Origin: a bacterium | Lineage (GTDB): Bacteria; CLD3; SB21 | Direction of reading: 5' to 3' | DNA length: 20,000 bases | Assembly: GCA_013360215.1 (NCBI GenBank) | Contig: JABWCP010000016.1 | Location: 47,185 to 67,184, forward strand | Shown here: positions 8,941 to 16,367 of the stretch, piece after piece | Numbering within the stretch: the stretch's first letter is position 1 | Layout: each line of letters opens with the position of its first letter | Position numbers and translations under genes: made by a program | Notes under the pieces: generated by a model | What the model saw: the letters and a program-made list of their open reading frames with translations, nothing else | The model's database searches: none | Told to the model about the DNA's origin: nothing

Positions 8941-11900
8941 CTAATTCATATACATCGCCATCTGATCTTCGGTAATAAGCACCTGGCGCGGTTTGGCTCC
9001 ATCAGGTGCGCTTACGATACCCGCACGTTCCAGTTGATCAATAAGCCTTGCCGCACGGGCGTAGCCGACAGATAGACGGCGCTGCAAAAGCGAAGCTGAA
9101 CCTTGATTGTGTTTGACGACGATCTCCATCGCCTGATTAAAAAGTTCATCAAATCCCGACGAATCCACCTCACCGCCTTCGTTCTCTTCACGCGGTTCTT
9201 CTTTCACCATAAAATCACGACGCGGGAATGCCTGCATGCGGTTTATAAAATCAACGATGGTTTCCGTTTCCTGCGTCGAAGTAAACGCGTTTTGGATACG
9301 TATCGGCACTTGCCCCGGCGGCATAAAAAGCATGTCGCCTTTGCCGAGTAACTGCTCCGCGCCGCCCATGTCCAGGATGGTTCGCGAATCAATCTTGGAA
9401 CGCACTGCGTATGCTATACGCGCCGGAAAATTGGCTTTGATCAAGCCGGTCAAAACATCTACCGAAGGACGTTGTGTGGCGACAATCAGGTGAATACCGA
9501 CAGCACGCGCCATCTGTGCAAGGCGCGTTATGGATGTTTCTATTTCGCGCGGCGCCGTCATCATGAGATCGGCAAGCTCATCAATGATCGCAACGATGTA
9601 TTCCAATTTGTAATGCTGATATTTGCCATCGTGCGGCATCCGACCTTCTTTCCAACGCTTATTATAATCTTCCAAATTACGCACATTGGCCTCCGCCAAT
9701 TTTTCATAACGCTCTTCCATTTCTTCGACAAGCGCTTTGAGAATAAGCTTCGCGTTTTCCGGTTTTGTGATGACGTCTTCAATTACTTCACCGCGATGAT
9801 TGCGCAGGGAAATCAAATGATGATTTTTTAACCTGCGATATAACGCCAATTCGACCTTCTTGGGATCCACCATGATAAACTTCACTTCCGACGGATCGAA
9901 CTGATACAGAAGACTGGTGATGATCGAATTGATACCTACCGATTTACCGGCACCCGTCGTACCGGCGATCAGCAAGTGTGGCATTTTGGCGAGATCTTCG
10001 AAATGAATATGACCGTCTATCGTTTTCCCCAATGCCAAACCCAGTTTGTATTTGTTTTTCGCATCGCGAAATGACGGATCTTCAAAAAGACTGCGAATCA
10101 TCACAGGCTCGGCTTTGAGTTTTGGTATCTCGACTTGTATCGTGCCTTTGCTGGTAACCGGTACCATACGCACGGATTTGACTTTGAGGGACAGTGCAAG
10201 TTCGTCTTCTAAGCCCGTGATTTTGGAAATTTTTAATCCCGACGGTAATTCCAGTTGATAAATAGCTACCACCGGTCCACCGTATTCCGTAGCCACCACT
10301 TTGGTTGCAATGCCAAACTCAGCCAGCTTGGCGATGATCTGTTCAACTTTTGTATTAAGGTAGCCGATTTCTTCCGGAGTTAATTTTTCAAGTGACTGCG
10401 TAGGCTCCAGCAAATCAATAGAAGGAAACTTATATTTTTTTCGCGCTTGTGAATTTTCTTTATCAAAATCAATCGCGGGTTCGGGTTTCGGCGCTTCCTT
10501 TTTTACGGCTTTGACCGACGCCGCCAAAGCCTCCGCTTCTTGTGCTGTTTCGGGAAGAGTCACTTCCGGTTGCGGCTCTTCCTGCGTTACGGGATTAACA
10601 TCGTTCGATGATAGTTGTGATGCATCCGTACTGTCCGACACGATCGTATGAATATCTTCTTTTGGCGCTTCTTGGGTTTCGACAATATCTTCGATTTTTA
10701 CCGTTTGTGTTTTCGGTTTACGCGCCGGCTTCATATCAAGACGCGTTTTTGCACGTTCAAGCTCGGCTGTTTCTTCTTTGACCCATTCTTTCTCCCACTC
10801 AATATGTTGATGCTCCGCATCAAACATACTGCGGGCAAGGTCTTTGAAGTCGGCATCCGCCATATCAAGATCGGCATCTTCCGGTCTTATCGTCAAATCT
10901 TTTGCTGGTTCGACCACACGCGGTTTCGGGCTCTCAGTAACAGGTGTATTTGCGGGCGCCGTCGTTTCTTCCTGAGGCAAATCCTGATGGGAATCGGTAT
11001 GACCTGCGGATGCTGAAAGTTCTTCCAGCTTGGTGCGATTAATCGAGAATTTTTTATCAATATGTCCGATCGCTTTGAGATCTCGGACAAACTGCGTATC
11101 CATCCCTAAATCTGTTCCCGTGATTGCATCGCGTTTAGGCTCCTCTGCTTTAGCCTGCACGGCGACCAATTCTTCCGGTGCTTTTTCTTCCTTGATCGCC
11201 GGGGCAATCGTCGTACTTTGTTTCGTTGTGACCTGAGGAATTTCTGTTTTTACCGGTTCGTTAACTTTTTCAGTTTTTGCAGACGTCGGGGATACTGACG
11301 TTTTAATGGTTTTTTTCTGCAAGTACTCAGGGATTAGCGGTTTTTCAGCAGCATCTTCACTGACATTGTCAGGCTCATCCTCAGAAACTTCACTCTCTTT
11401 TTCCAACAACTCCTGCTGACGGGATTTGAATTTGGAAATCGTGCCGGTCGTCGTGCGATACGATGTGAAAAGAATATTTTTGATCGCAGGGATAAGATCG
11501 GCGATACTCACGCGGGTAACCATCGTAATCCAGATGAGCGAAAAAACAACCCAGATCGTCACGCTGCCAAAGCCGCCAAGCCACGTGTACAGCTGATGCG
11601 CGAGCATACCGCCCAACATGCCGCTCGCATTCCAGTTTTCGGAATGATCCAACGCACCCGGTATCGCCAGCCACGTTGAAACAATCAACATCAGCGTGAG
11701 GATATAAAACGCAAACTGATTGACGAGAAAAATGCTTTTGTGCGTAAAGAAGAGCCAACCATATACCAAAAATAAAATCGGTACTGCAACAAAGGGGTAA
11801 CCGAAGGTATAACCTACCAAATAATGAGATAACATCGCACCGACCGGACCGAGCAGGTTTTGCAATTGCCCAGCCCTCCAAAGCTCCATGATCGTGCCGG

Positions 11901-12102
11901 GTTGTTCATTAGCAACATGCGTCACAACCGACAAAATAGACAATAAACTCACGGTCATCAGCAGCAAACCAAAGATTTCTTCTTTGAGTTTGATGCCAAG
12001 ATTGAGTTTCAGCCCCTTTGGCGGCTGCGGCTTTTGAGGTATCTTACCTTTCGGCGATTCGGCCGCTTTGGGTTTGGGATTATTTTTTTTCTTTGACGCC
12101 AT
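8941..12102 (-). CDS. ftsK: DNA translocase FtsK (N-terminal 4TM region, long linker, motor, gamma domain)
   Basis: 1053 aa; N-terminal TMs with 'NLLGPVGA' and 'SGMLG'. MPHLLIAGTTGAGKS (Walker A), MVDPKKVEL, IIDELADLMM (Walker B), ATQRPSVDV, GAEQLLGKGDML, and gamma domain SASLLQRRLSVGYARAARLIDQLE. Confidence 0.97.
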   Translation of the reverse strand: MASKKKNNPKPKAAESPKGKIPQKPQPPKGLKLNLGIKLKEEIFGLLLMTVSLLSILSVVTHVANEQPGTIMELWRAGQLQNLLGPVGAMLSHYLVGYTFGYPFVAVPILFLVYGWLFFTHKSIFLVNQFAFYILTLMLIVSTWLAIPGALDHSENWNASGMLGGMLAHQLYTWLGGFGSVTIWVVFSLIWITMVTRVSIADLIPAIKNILFTSYRTTTGTISKFKSRQQELLEKESEVSEDEPDNVSEDAAEKPLIPEYLQKKTIKTSVSPTSAKTEKVNEPVKTEIPQVTTKQSTTIAPAIKEEKAPEELVAVQAKAEEPKRDAITGTDLGMDTQFVRDLKAIGHIDKKFSINRTKLEELSASAGHTDSHQDLPQEETTAPANTPVTESPKPRVVEPAKDLTIRPEDADLDMADADFKDLARSMFDAEHQHIEWEKEWVKEETAELERAKTRLDMKPARKPKTQTVKIEDIVETQEAPKEDIHTIVSDSTDASQLSSNDVNPVTQEEPQPEVTLPETAQEAEALAASVKAVKKEAPKPEPAIDFDKENSQARKKYKFPSIDLLEPTQSLEKLTPEEIGYLNTKVEQIIAKLAEFGIATKVVATEYGGPVVAIYQLELPSGLKISKITGLEDELALSLKVKSVRMVPVTSKGTIQVEIPKLKAEPVMIRSLFEDPSFRDAKNKYKLGLALGKTIDGHIHFEDLAKMPHLLIAGTTGAGKSVGINSIITSLLYQFDPSEVKFIMVDPKKVELALYRRLKNHHLISLRNHRGEVIEDVITKPENAKLILKALVEEMEERYEKLAEANVRNLEDYNKRWKEGRMPHDGKYQHYKLEYIVAIIDELADLMMTAPREIETSITRLAQMARAVGIHLIVATQRPSVDVLTGLIKANFPARIAYAVRSKIDSRTILDMGGAEQLLGKGDMLFMPPGQVPIRIQNAFTSTQETETIVDFINRMQAFPRRDFMVKEEPREENEGGEVDSSGFDELFNQAMEIVVKHNQGSASLLQRRLSVGYARAARLIDQLERAGIVSAPDGAKPRQVLITEDQMAMYMN

Positions 12103-12145
12103 TCAAATGTTATTAGAATTCATATTTAACCAAGACGCCTTGTCT

Positions 12146-13261
12146 CTAGAAATCCGAACTGGGATCCCCGTTATAAAACGGCGTCGGCGATACTTTAGCG
12201 TTAAGCTCACGGCCGCGTGCATTGATCTTGAGCATCGTACCGTCTTTTGCCAATGCCGTCTCTACGTACCCCACGGCAATCGCACGTTGTAAACTCGGCG
12301 AAAATGTACCGCTAGTCACTACGCCGACTTTTCGTCCGTCCGACATGATGTCGTAACCGTGACGCGCCGGTATTTTTCCTTCGACTTCAAGACCGACTAA
12401 TTTCCTCTTAACGCCATCGGCTTTTATTTTTTGTAATGCTTCGCGCCCGATAAACTCGCCTTTATTCAGTTTGGTGATCCAGCCGAGCGAAGCCTCAAGC
12501 GGGTTTGTCGTTTCATCAATATCGTTGCCATACAAGCGGTAATTCATCTCCAAACGCAGCGTATCCCGCGCACCAAGACCGGCTAAACCGATATTGTATT
12601 TTTCACCGGCTTTCATCACCGCATTCCATATCTGATCGGCAAACTTCGTATTGAAATACAGTTCAAAACCTTTCTCTCCGGTATATCCGGTACGTGAAAT
12701 TGTCATCGGCACGCCGTCCACTTCGCCCTCGCGGAACCAATAAAATTTGATGTCCGACAGATTGGTTTTTGTCAGCGACTGTACGACTTCTTTTGCGTGG
12801 GGTCCCTGAATCGCAAGCAACGCAATATCGTCGCTGATATTTTCCAATTGGAGATGAGAAGGGCAATGCGATTTTACCCAATTAAAATCTTTTTCCATAT
12901 TGGATGCGTTGACGACAAGCATAAATTTTTTATCGTTGTATTTGTACACGATCAGATCGTCCACAATACCGCCGTCGGGTTTGCACATCGCGGAATACTG
13001 TGCCTGCGTATCGGCCATTTTAGAAACATCATTGACCGTAATTTTTTGTACAAAATCTGCCGCGCCTTCGCCGGTTACCATAAATTCGGCCATGTGTGAC
13101 ACATCAAATACACCGACGGCTGTCCGGACGCGTTGATGTTCGACGATATCGCCGTCATAACGAATCGGCATATAATAGCCTGCAAAATCGGCCATTTTAG
13201 CACCGGCTGCGATATGTTTATCGTAGAACGGTGTTTTTTGGGGGTTAGTTGAAGTACTCAA
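12146..13261 (-). CDS. gcvT: Glycine cleavage system aminomethyltransferase T
   Basis: 371 aa; KTPFYDKH, FAGYYMP, GVFDVSHM, GGIVDDL, VVNASN, SRTGYTGEKGFE, GLGARDTLRLE, VTSGTFSPSL. TTG start with GGAG upstream. Confidence 0.96.
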   Translation of the reverse strand: MSTSTNPQKTPFYDKHIAAGAKMADFAGYYMPIRYDGDIVEHQRVRTAVGVFDVSHMAEFMVTGEGAADFVQKITVNDVSKMADTQAQYSAMCKPDGGIVDDLIVYKYNDKKFMLVVNASNMEKDFNWVKSHCPSHLQLENISDDIALLAIQGPHAKEVVQSLTKTNLSDIKFYWFREGEVDGVPMTISRTGYTGEKGFELYFNTKFADQIWNAVMKAGEKYNIGLAGLGARDTLRLEMNYRLYGNDIDETTNPLEASLGWITKLNKGEFIGREALQKIKADGVKRKLVGLEVEGKIPARHGYDIMSDGRKVGVVTSGTFSPSLQRAIAVGYVETALAKDGTMLKINARGRELNAKVSPTPFYNGDPSSDF

Positions 13262-13294
13262 AATATGTTCTCCAAATTCTTTACTACTTAAAAA

Positions 13295-13332
13295 TGACTT
13301 ATTTACTATATCAGTCAGTTCACAAAAGACAA
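13295..13332 (-). promoter_or_regulatory. Candidate sigma70 promoter for gcvT with an overlapping palindrome
   Basis: Minus strand TTGTCT (13332-13327), 16 nt, TATAGT (13310-13305), with an extended -10 TG (TGaTATAGT). Overlapped by the imperfect palindrome TGACT-N13-AGTCA (13295-13317). Confidence 0.45.
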
Positions 13333-13348
13333 TCTACTTTCAATTTTC

Positions 13349-14533
13349 TTACAATTTCTTCATCGCTTTATCAATTCGTTCCAGTGCCAATTTGATATTA
13401 TCGAGCGAATTGGCATAAGAAAACCGGAGATACCCTTCACCGAAACTGCCGAATGCTGTCCCGGATAAAGCTGCGACACCGGCTTCATTGAGCAGATAAT
13501 CCGCGAGTTTACGCGAATCCAAACCGGTTTTGATGATATTGGGAAATACATAAAACGCACCCAACGGTTTTTTGCAGGAAAAACCCTTGATCGCATTGAG
13601 TCCGTCCACGATAAAATCGCGGCGTTTTTCAAATTCGGTGACCATCGCATTCACGCTGTCTTGCGGCCCCTGCAACGCTTCGATGCATGCTTTTTGTACA
13701 AAACTATTCGTACACGAATTACTGTTGGTTTGCAGTTTGGAAACCATTGCTGCGAGATCTTTGGGCATCACACCAAAACCGGCGCGCCATCCGGTCATGG
13801 CATACGTTTTGGAAAATCCGTCCAAAATAATCGTGCGTTCTTTCATGCCCGGAAGACTGGCTATGGAATAATGTTCGTACCCGTACATGATGCGTGAATA
13901 AATTTCATCGGACATCACGTAACAATTATATTGTTTGACGATCGCCGCTATATCTTCGATATCTTTTTTGCTAAACACCCCGCCGGTCGGATTGGCCGGC
14001 GAATTGATAATCACAAGTTTGGTTTTAGGCGAAATTTTTTCCTTCAGTTCGTTCACATCAAAGGTAAAATTTTTTTCTTCGCTGATGTGCAGCGGCACGG
14101 CTTTACCGCCGACAAAATTGATCATGGACTCATAAATCGGAAAACCGGGATTAGGATAAATCACTTCATCGCCCGGGTCAATCAAGGCCATGATGGGGAA
14201 AAATATGATCGGTTTACCGCCGGGCGTGACGACCACTTCGTCCGGATGGGCTTCGATATGACGGGTTTGGGAAACATAATCGGCAATCGCTTTGCGCAAA
14301 TCGGGCAAACCGGGTGACGGCCCATAATGCGTCCATCCTTCACGTAGCGCTTTTATCGCCGCTTCGGAAATATTGGTCGGCGTGTCAAAATCCGGTTCGC
14401 CGATTTCCAAATGTACGATGTGTTTTCCTTGCGCCTCCAAAGCCTTGGCTTTTACGAGCACTTCAAAAGCCGTTTCGGTTCCCAAACGACTCATGGCCGA
14501 AGCCGGAGCAACTTTAAAATCTGACATGCCCAA
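13349..14533 (-). CDS. PLP-dependent aminotransferase class I/II (aspartate aminotransferase-like)
   Basis: 394 aa; IGEPDFDTP, HYGPSPGLPDLR, INSPANPTG, SDEIY, PLP-lysine motif DGFSKTYAMTGWRAG, GAFYVFP, YLRFSYA. The start is either TTG 14533 or ATG 14527. Confidence 0.94.
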   Translation of the reverse strand: MGMSDFKVAPASAMSRLGTETAFEVLVKAKALEAQGKHIVHLEIGEPDFDTPTNISEAAIKALREGWTHYGPSPGLPDLRKAIADYVSQTRHIEAHPDEVVVTPGGKPIIFFPIMALIDPGDEVIYPNPGFPIYESMINFVGGKAVPLHISEEKNFTFDVNELKEKISPKTKLVIINSPANPTGGVFSKKDIEDIAAIVKQYNCYVMSDEIYSRIMYGYEHYSIASLPGMKERTIILDGFSKTYAMTGWRAGFGVMPKDLAAMVSKLQTNSNSCTNSFVQKACIEALQGPQDSVNAMVTEFEKRRDFIVDGLNAIKGFSCKKPLGAFYVFPNIIKTGLDSRKLADYLLNEAGVAALSGTAFGSFGEGYLRFSYANSLDNIKLALERIDKAMKKL

Positions 14534-14574
14534 AACTCTCCCGTGTTATTAAAGCTAAATCTCTAATAAAAAAG

Positions 14575-14603
14575 AATTTACCGTTTTTAAATGGTTTTAT
14601 CAA
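14575..14603 (-). promoter_or_regulatory. Candidate sigma70 promoter for the aminotransferase gene
   Basis: Minus strand TTGATA (14603-14598), 17 nt, TAAATT (14580-14575), about 40 nt upstream of the start codon. Confidence 0.5.
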
Positions 14604-14618
14604 GAAATTATTCCCTTG

Positions 14619-14679
14619 TGTCAAGGCAAAATAGAAATGTCCTAATATAGCAAAGTAGAAATGTCCTGTTAGAAAGCCG
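14619..14679 (+). mobile_element. Isolated IS-type terminal sequence (ISNCY/IS1202-like end), copy 1
   Basis: TGTCAAGGCAAAATAGAAATGTCCTAATATAGCAAAGTAGAAATGTCCTGTTAGAAAGCCG. It has a 5'-TGT terminus and two 17-bp direct repeats GCAAARTAGAAATGTCC (14626-14642, 14650-14666; 24-bp period). It is 53/61 identical to 19908-19968. The family assignment is from recalled end architecture, not a database search. Confidence 0.7.
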
Positions 14680-14684
14680 GGTAT

Positions 14685-16232
14685 TTATCCGCTGTAACTG
14701 CGATCCAAACTTCGGTATTGGATTGCTTCGCTGACGTGTTCGGCGCGAATGGCCGGAGCATTGGCACAATCGGCAATCGTCCGCGCTACTTTAAGAATAC
14801 GATCGTATGCCCGCGCAGATAACCCCAGTTTGGTAATCGCGAGTTTCATCAATTCCTGACTGCGTGCATCGATCGTACAAAATTCGCGAATGGCGCGCGA
14901 CTCCATATCCGCATTACAGTACACAGGCTGGCCTTTTTTACGCAGAGATTCAAATCGTTTTAACTGAATTTGCCGCGCTTTTTTAACGCGTTCGCGGATC
15001 GCCGAGGAGGTTTCGCCGTGGCCTTCGGCAGAAAGTTCTTTATATTTTATCGCCGGACAGTCAATATGAATATCAATACGATCCAGAAGTGGCCCCGATA
15101 TTTTGGCCATGTAGCGCTGGATCATACCCGGATTACAAGTACAGCGATTGCCGGGATCGGTGTGAAATCCGCACGGGCAAGGATTCATCGCGCAAGCGAG
15201 CATAAAATTAGCCGGGTACGTCAGCGACATTTCAGCGCGACTAATGGTAACATGCCCATCCTCCAAAGGTTGGCGCATGACCTCCAATACGTTTTTTTTA
15301 AATTCCGGTAATTCATCAAGAAAAAGTACGCCGTGATGCGCAAGACTGACTTCACCGGGTTTGGGAATATGTCCCCCGCCGATCAGTCCCGCGTCGGAGA
15401 TCGTATGGTGCGGTGAACGAAAAGGACGCAGGGTAACCAGCGGCGTATTCTGCGGCAAAAAACCGGCGACAGAATGAATTTTGGTTGTTTCCAGCGCCTC
15501 ATCCGGTGTCAGATCAGGCAGTATTGTCGGGATACGTTTGGCTAACATCGTTTTACCGCTTCCGGGCGGACCGATCATAATGATGTTATGGCCTCCGGCG
15601 GCCGCAATCTCCAGCGCTCGCTTGGCATGTTCCTGCCCTTTGACATCACGAAAGTCCACCGGCATAGCCGGAGCCTGATCAAAAAGTGCCGACATATCTA
15701 CCTGGTGCGGTGCGATGTGTTTTTGTCCGTTGAGAAATTGAACAGCATCCGATAATGCGTTGACAGGTATAACTTCTAAACCTTCAGCCATGGCGGCTTC
15801 GGCGGCATTACCGGCCGGTACGATGATGCCTTTGATATGTTCGCGGCGGGCGCGAAGCGCAAGAGACAACACACCGTTGATGGGTCGCAAACTTCCATCC
15901 AAACTCAATTCACCGACGACCACGTATTCCTCCGTACGATGGGACTCGATCTGACCGTGCGCGGCCAAAATACCCACGGCGATCGGGAGATCAAACCCGG
16001 AACCTTCTTTCCGCAAATCCGCCGGTGCAAGATTGATCGTAATGCGTTTGATCGGAAATGTAAAACCGGAGTTTTTGATTGCCGCATTAACGCGCTCTTT
16101 GCTTTCGCGGACGGCATTATCCGGTAAACCGACCGTGATAAAACCGGGTACGGCGCCCTCCAGATGCGCTTCGACTTTGATGATAAAAGCATCAATACCA
16201 AATGTAGTCGCGGATAAAATCTGTGCTAACAT
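14685..16232 (-). CDS. comM: ComM/YifB Mg-chelatase-related AAA+ ATPase (branch-migration helicase in natural transformation)
   Basis: 515 aa, intact. VGLPDNAVRESKERV, ITINLAPADLRKEGSGFDLPIA, GELSLDG, Walker A GPPGSGKT, RPFRSPHHTIS, GEVSLAHHGVLFLDE, NPCPCG, SGPLLDRID, LSARAYDRILKVARTIAD. Confidence 0.95.
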   Translation of the reverse strand: MLAQILSATTFGIDAFIIKVEAHLEGAVPGFITVGLPDNAVRESKERVNAAIKNSGFTFPIKRITINLAPADLRKEGSGFDLPIAVGILAAHGQIESHRTEEYVVVGELSLDGSLRPINGVLSLALRARREHIKGIIVPAGNAAEAAMAEGLEVIPVNALSDAVQFLNGQKHIAPHQVDMSALFDQAPAMPVDFRDVKGQEHAKRALEIAAAGGHNIIMIGPPGSGKTMLAKRIPTILPDLTPDEALETTKIHSVAGFLPQNTPLVTLRPFRSPHHTISDAGLIGGGHIPKPGEVSLAHHGVLFLDELPEFKKNVLEVMRQPLEDGHVTISRAEMSLTYPANFMLACAMNPCPCGFHTDPGNRCTCNPGMIQRYMAKISGPLLDRIDIHIDCPAIKYKELSAEGHGETSSAIRERVKKARQIQLKRFESLRKKGQPVYCNADMESRAIREFCTIDARSQELMKLAITKLGLSARAYDRILKVARTIADCANAPAIRAEHVSEAIQYRSLDRSYSG

Positions 16233-16269
16233 AAACCCCCTTCATCGCAAATTTTTTTTAAAAAAATTA

Positions 16270-16297
16270 AATATGGATGCGGAAGGTTTTCTGTCAA
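16270..16297 (-). promoter_or_regulatory. Candidate sigma70 promoter for comM
   Basis: Minus strand perfect TTGACA (16297-16292), 16 nt, CATATT (16275-16270), just downstream of the upstream gene's terminator. Confidence 0.4.
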
Positions 16298-16308
16298 AAA
16301 ATGACAAT

Positions 16309-16347
16309 AAAAAAACGGCTCCGGGATTTTTTAACCGAAAGCCGTTT
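16309..16347 (-). terminator. Intrinsic terminator after the VPS10/BNR gene
   Basis: Minus strand AAACGGCT-TTCGG-(TTAAAAAATC)-CCGG-AGCCG followed by TTTTTTT. This GC-rich stem and T7 tract begin about 20 nt after the stop at 16368. Confidence 0.75.
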
Positions 16348-16367
16348 AATGGGACGAATTGTATTTT

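Noticed and set aside
13262-13348. Glycine riboswitch upstream of gcvT
   Set aside because: The intergenic region is only 87 bp and AT-rich, with no aptamer stems. The GGAGA present is the RBS.
14570-14618. dif/xrs site next to the IS end (some IS1202-family elements target Xer sites, and ftsK is nearby)
   Set aside because: No convincing XerD arm (TTATGTTAAAT-like) with a 6-bp spacer beside either copy. The sequence is better read as a TTGATA-17-TAAATT promoter.
14626-14666. Repeat-spacer-repeat as a mini CRISPR array
   Set aside because: Repeats are 17 bp with a 7-bp spacer that is identical in both copies (TAATATA). There are only two units and no cas genes, so it fits transposase-binding repeats better.
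14685-16232. comM disrupted by, or acting as att site for, an integrated element
   Set aside because: The ORF is full length with all motifs, no duplicated comM fragment or integrase is present, and the IS-like end points toward comM rather than away from it.
16249-16268. T8/A7 near-palindrome upstream of comM
   Set aside because: Low-complexity AT-only stem that is too weak to call as a structure or operator.
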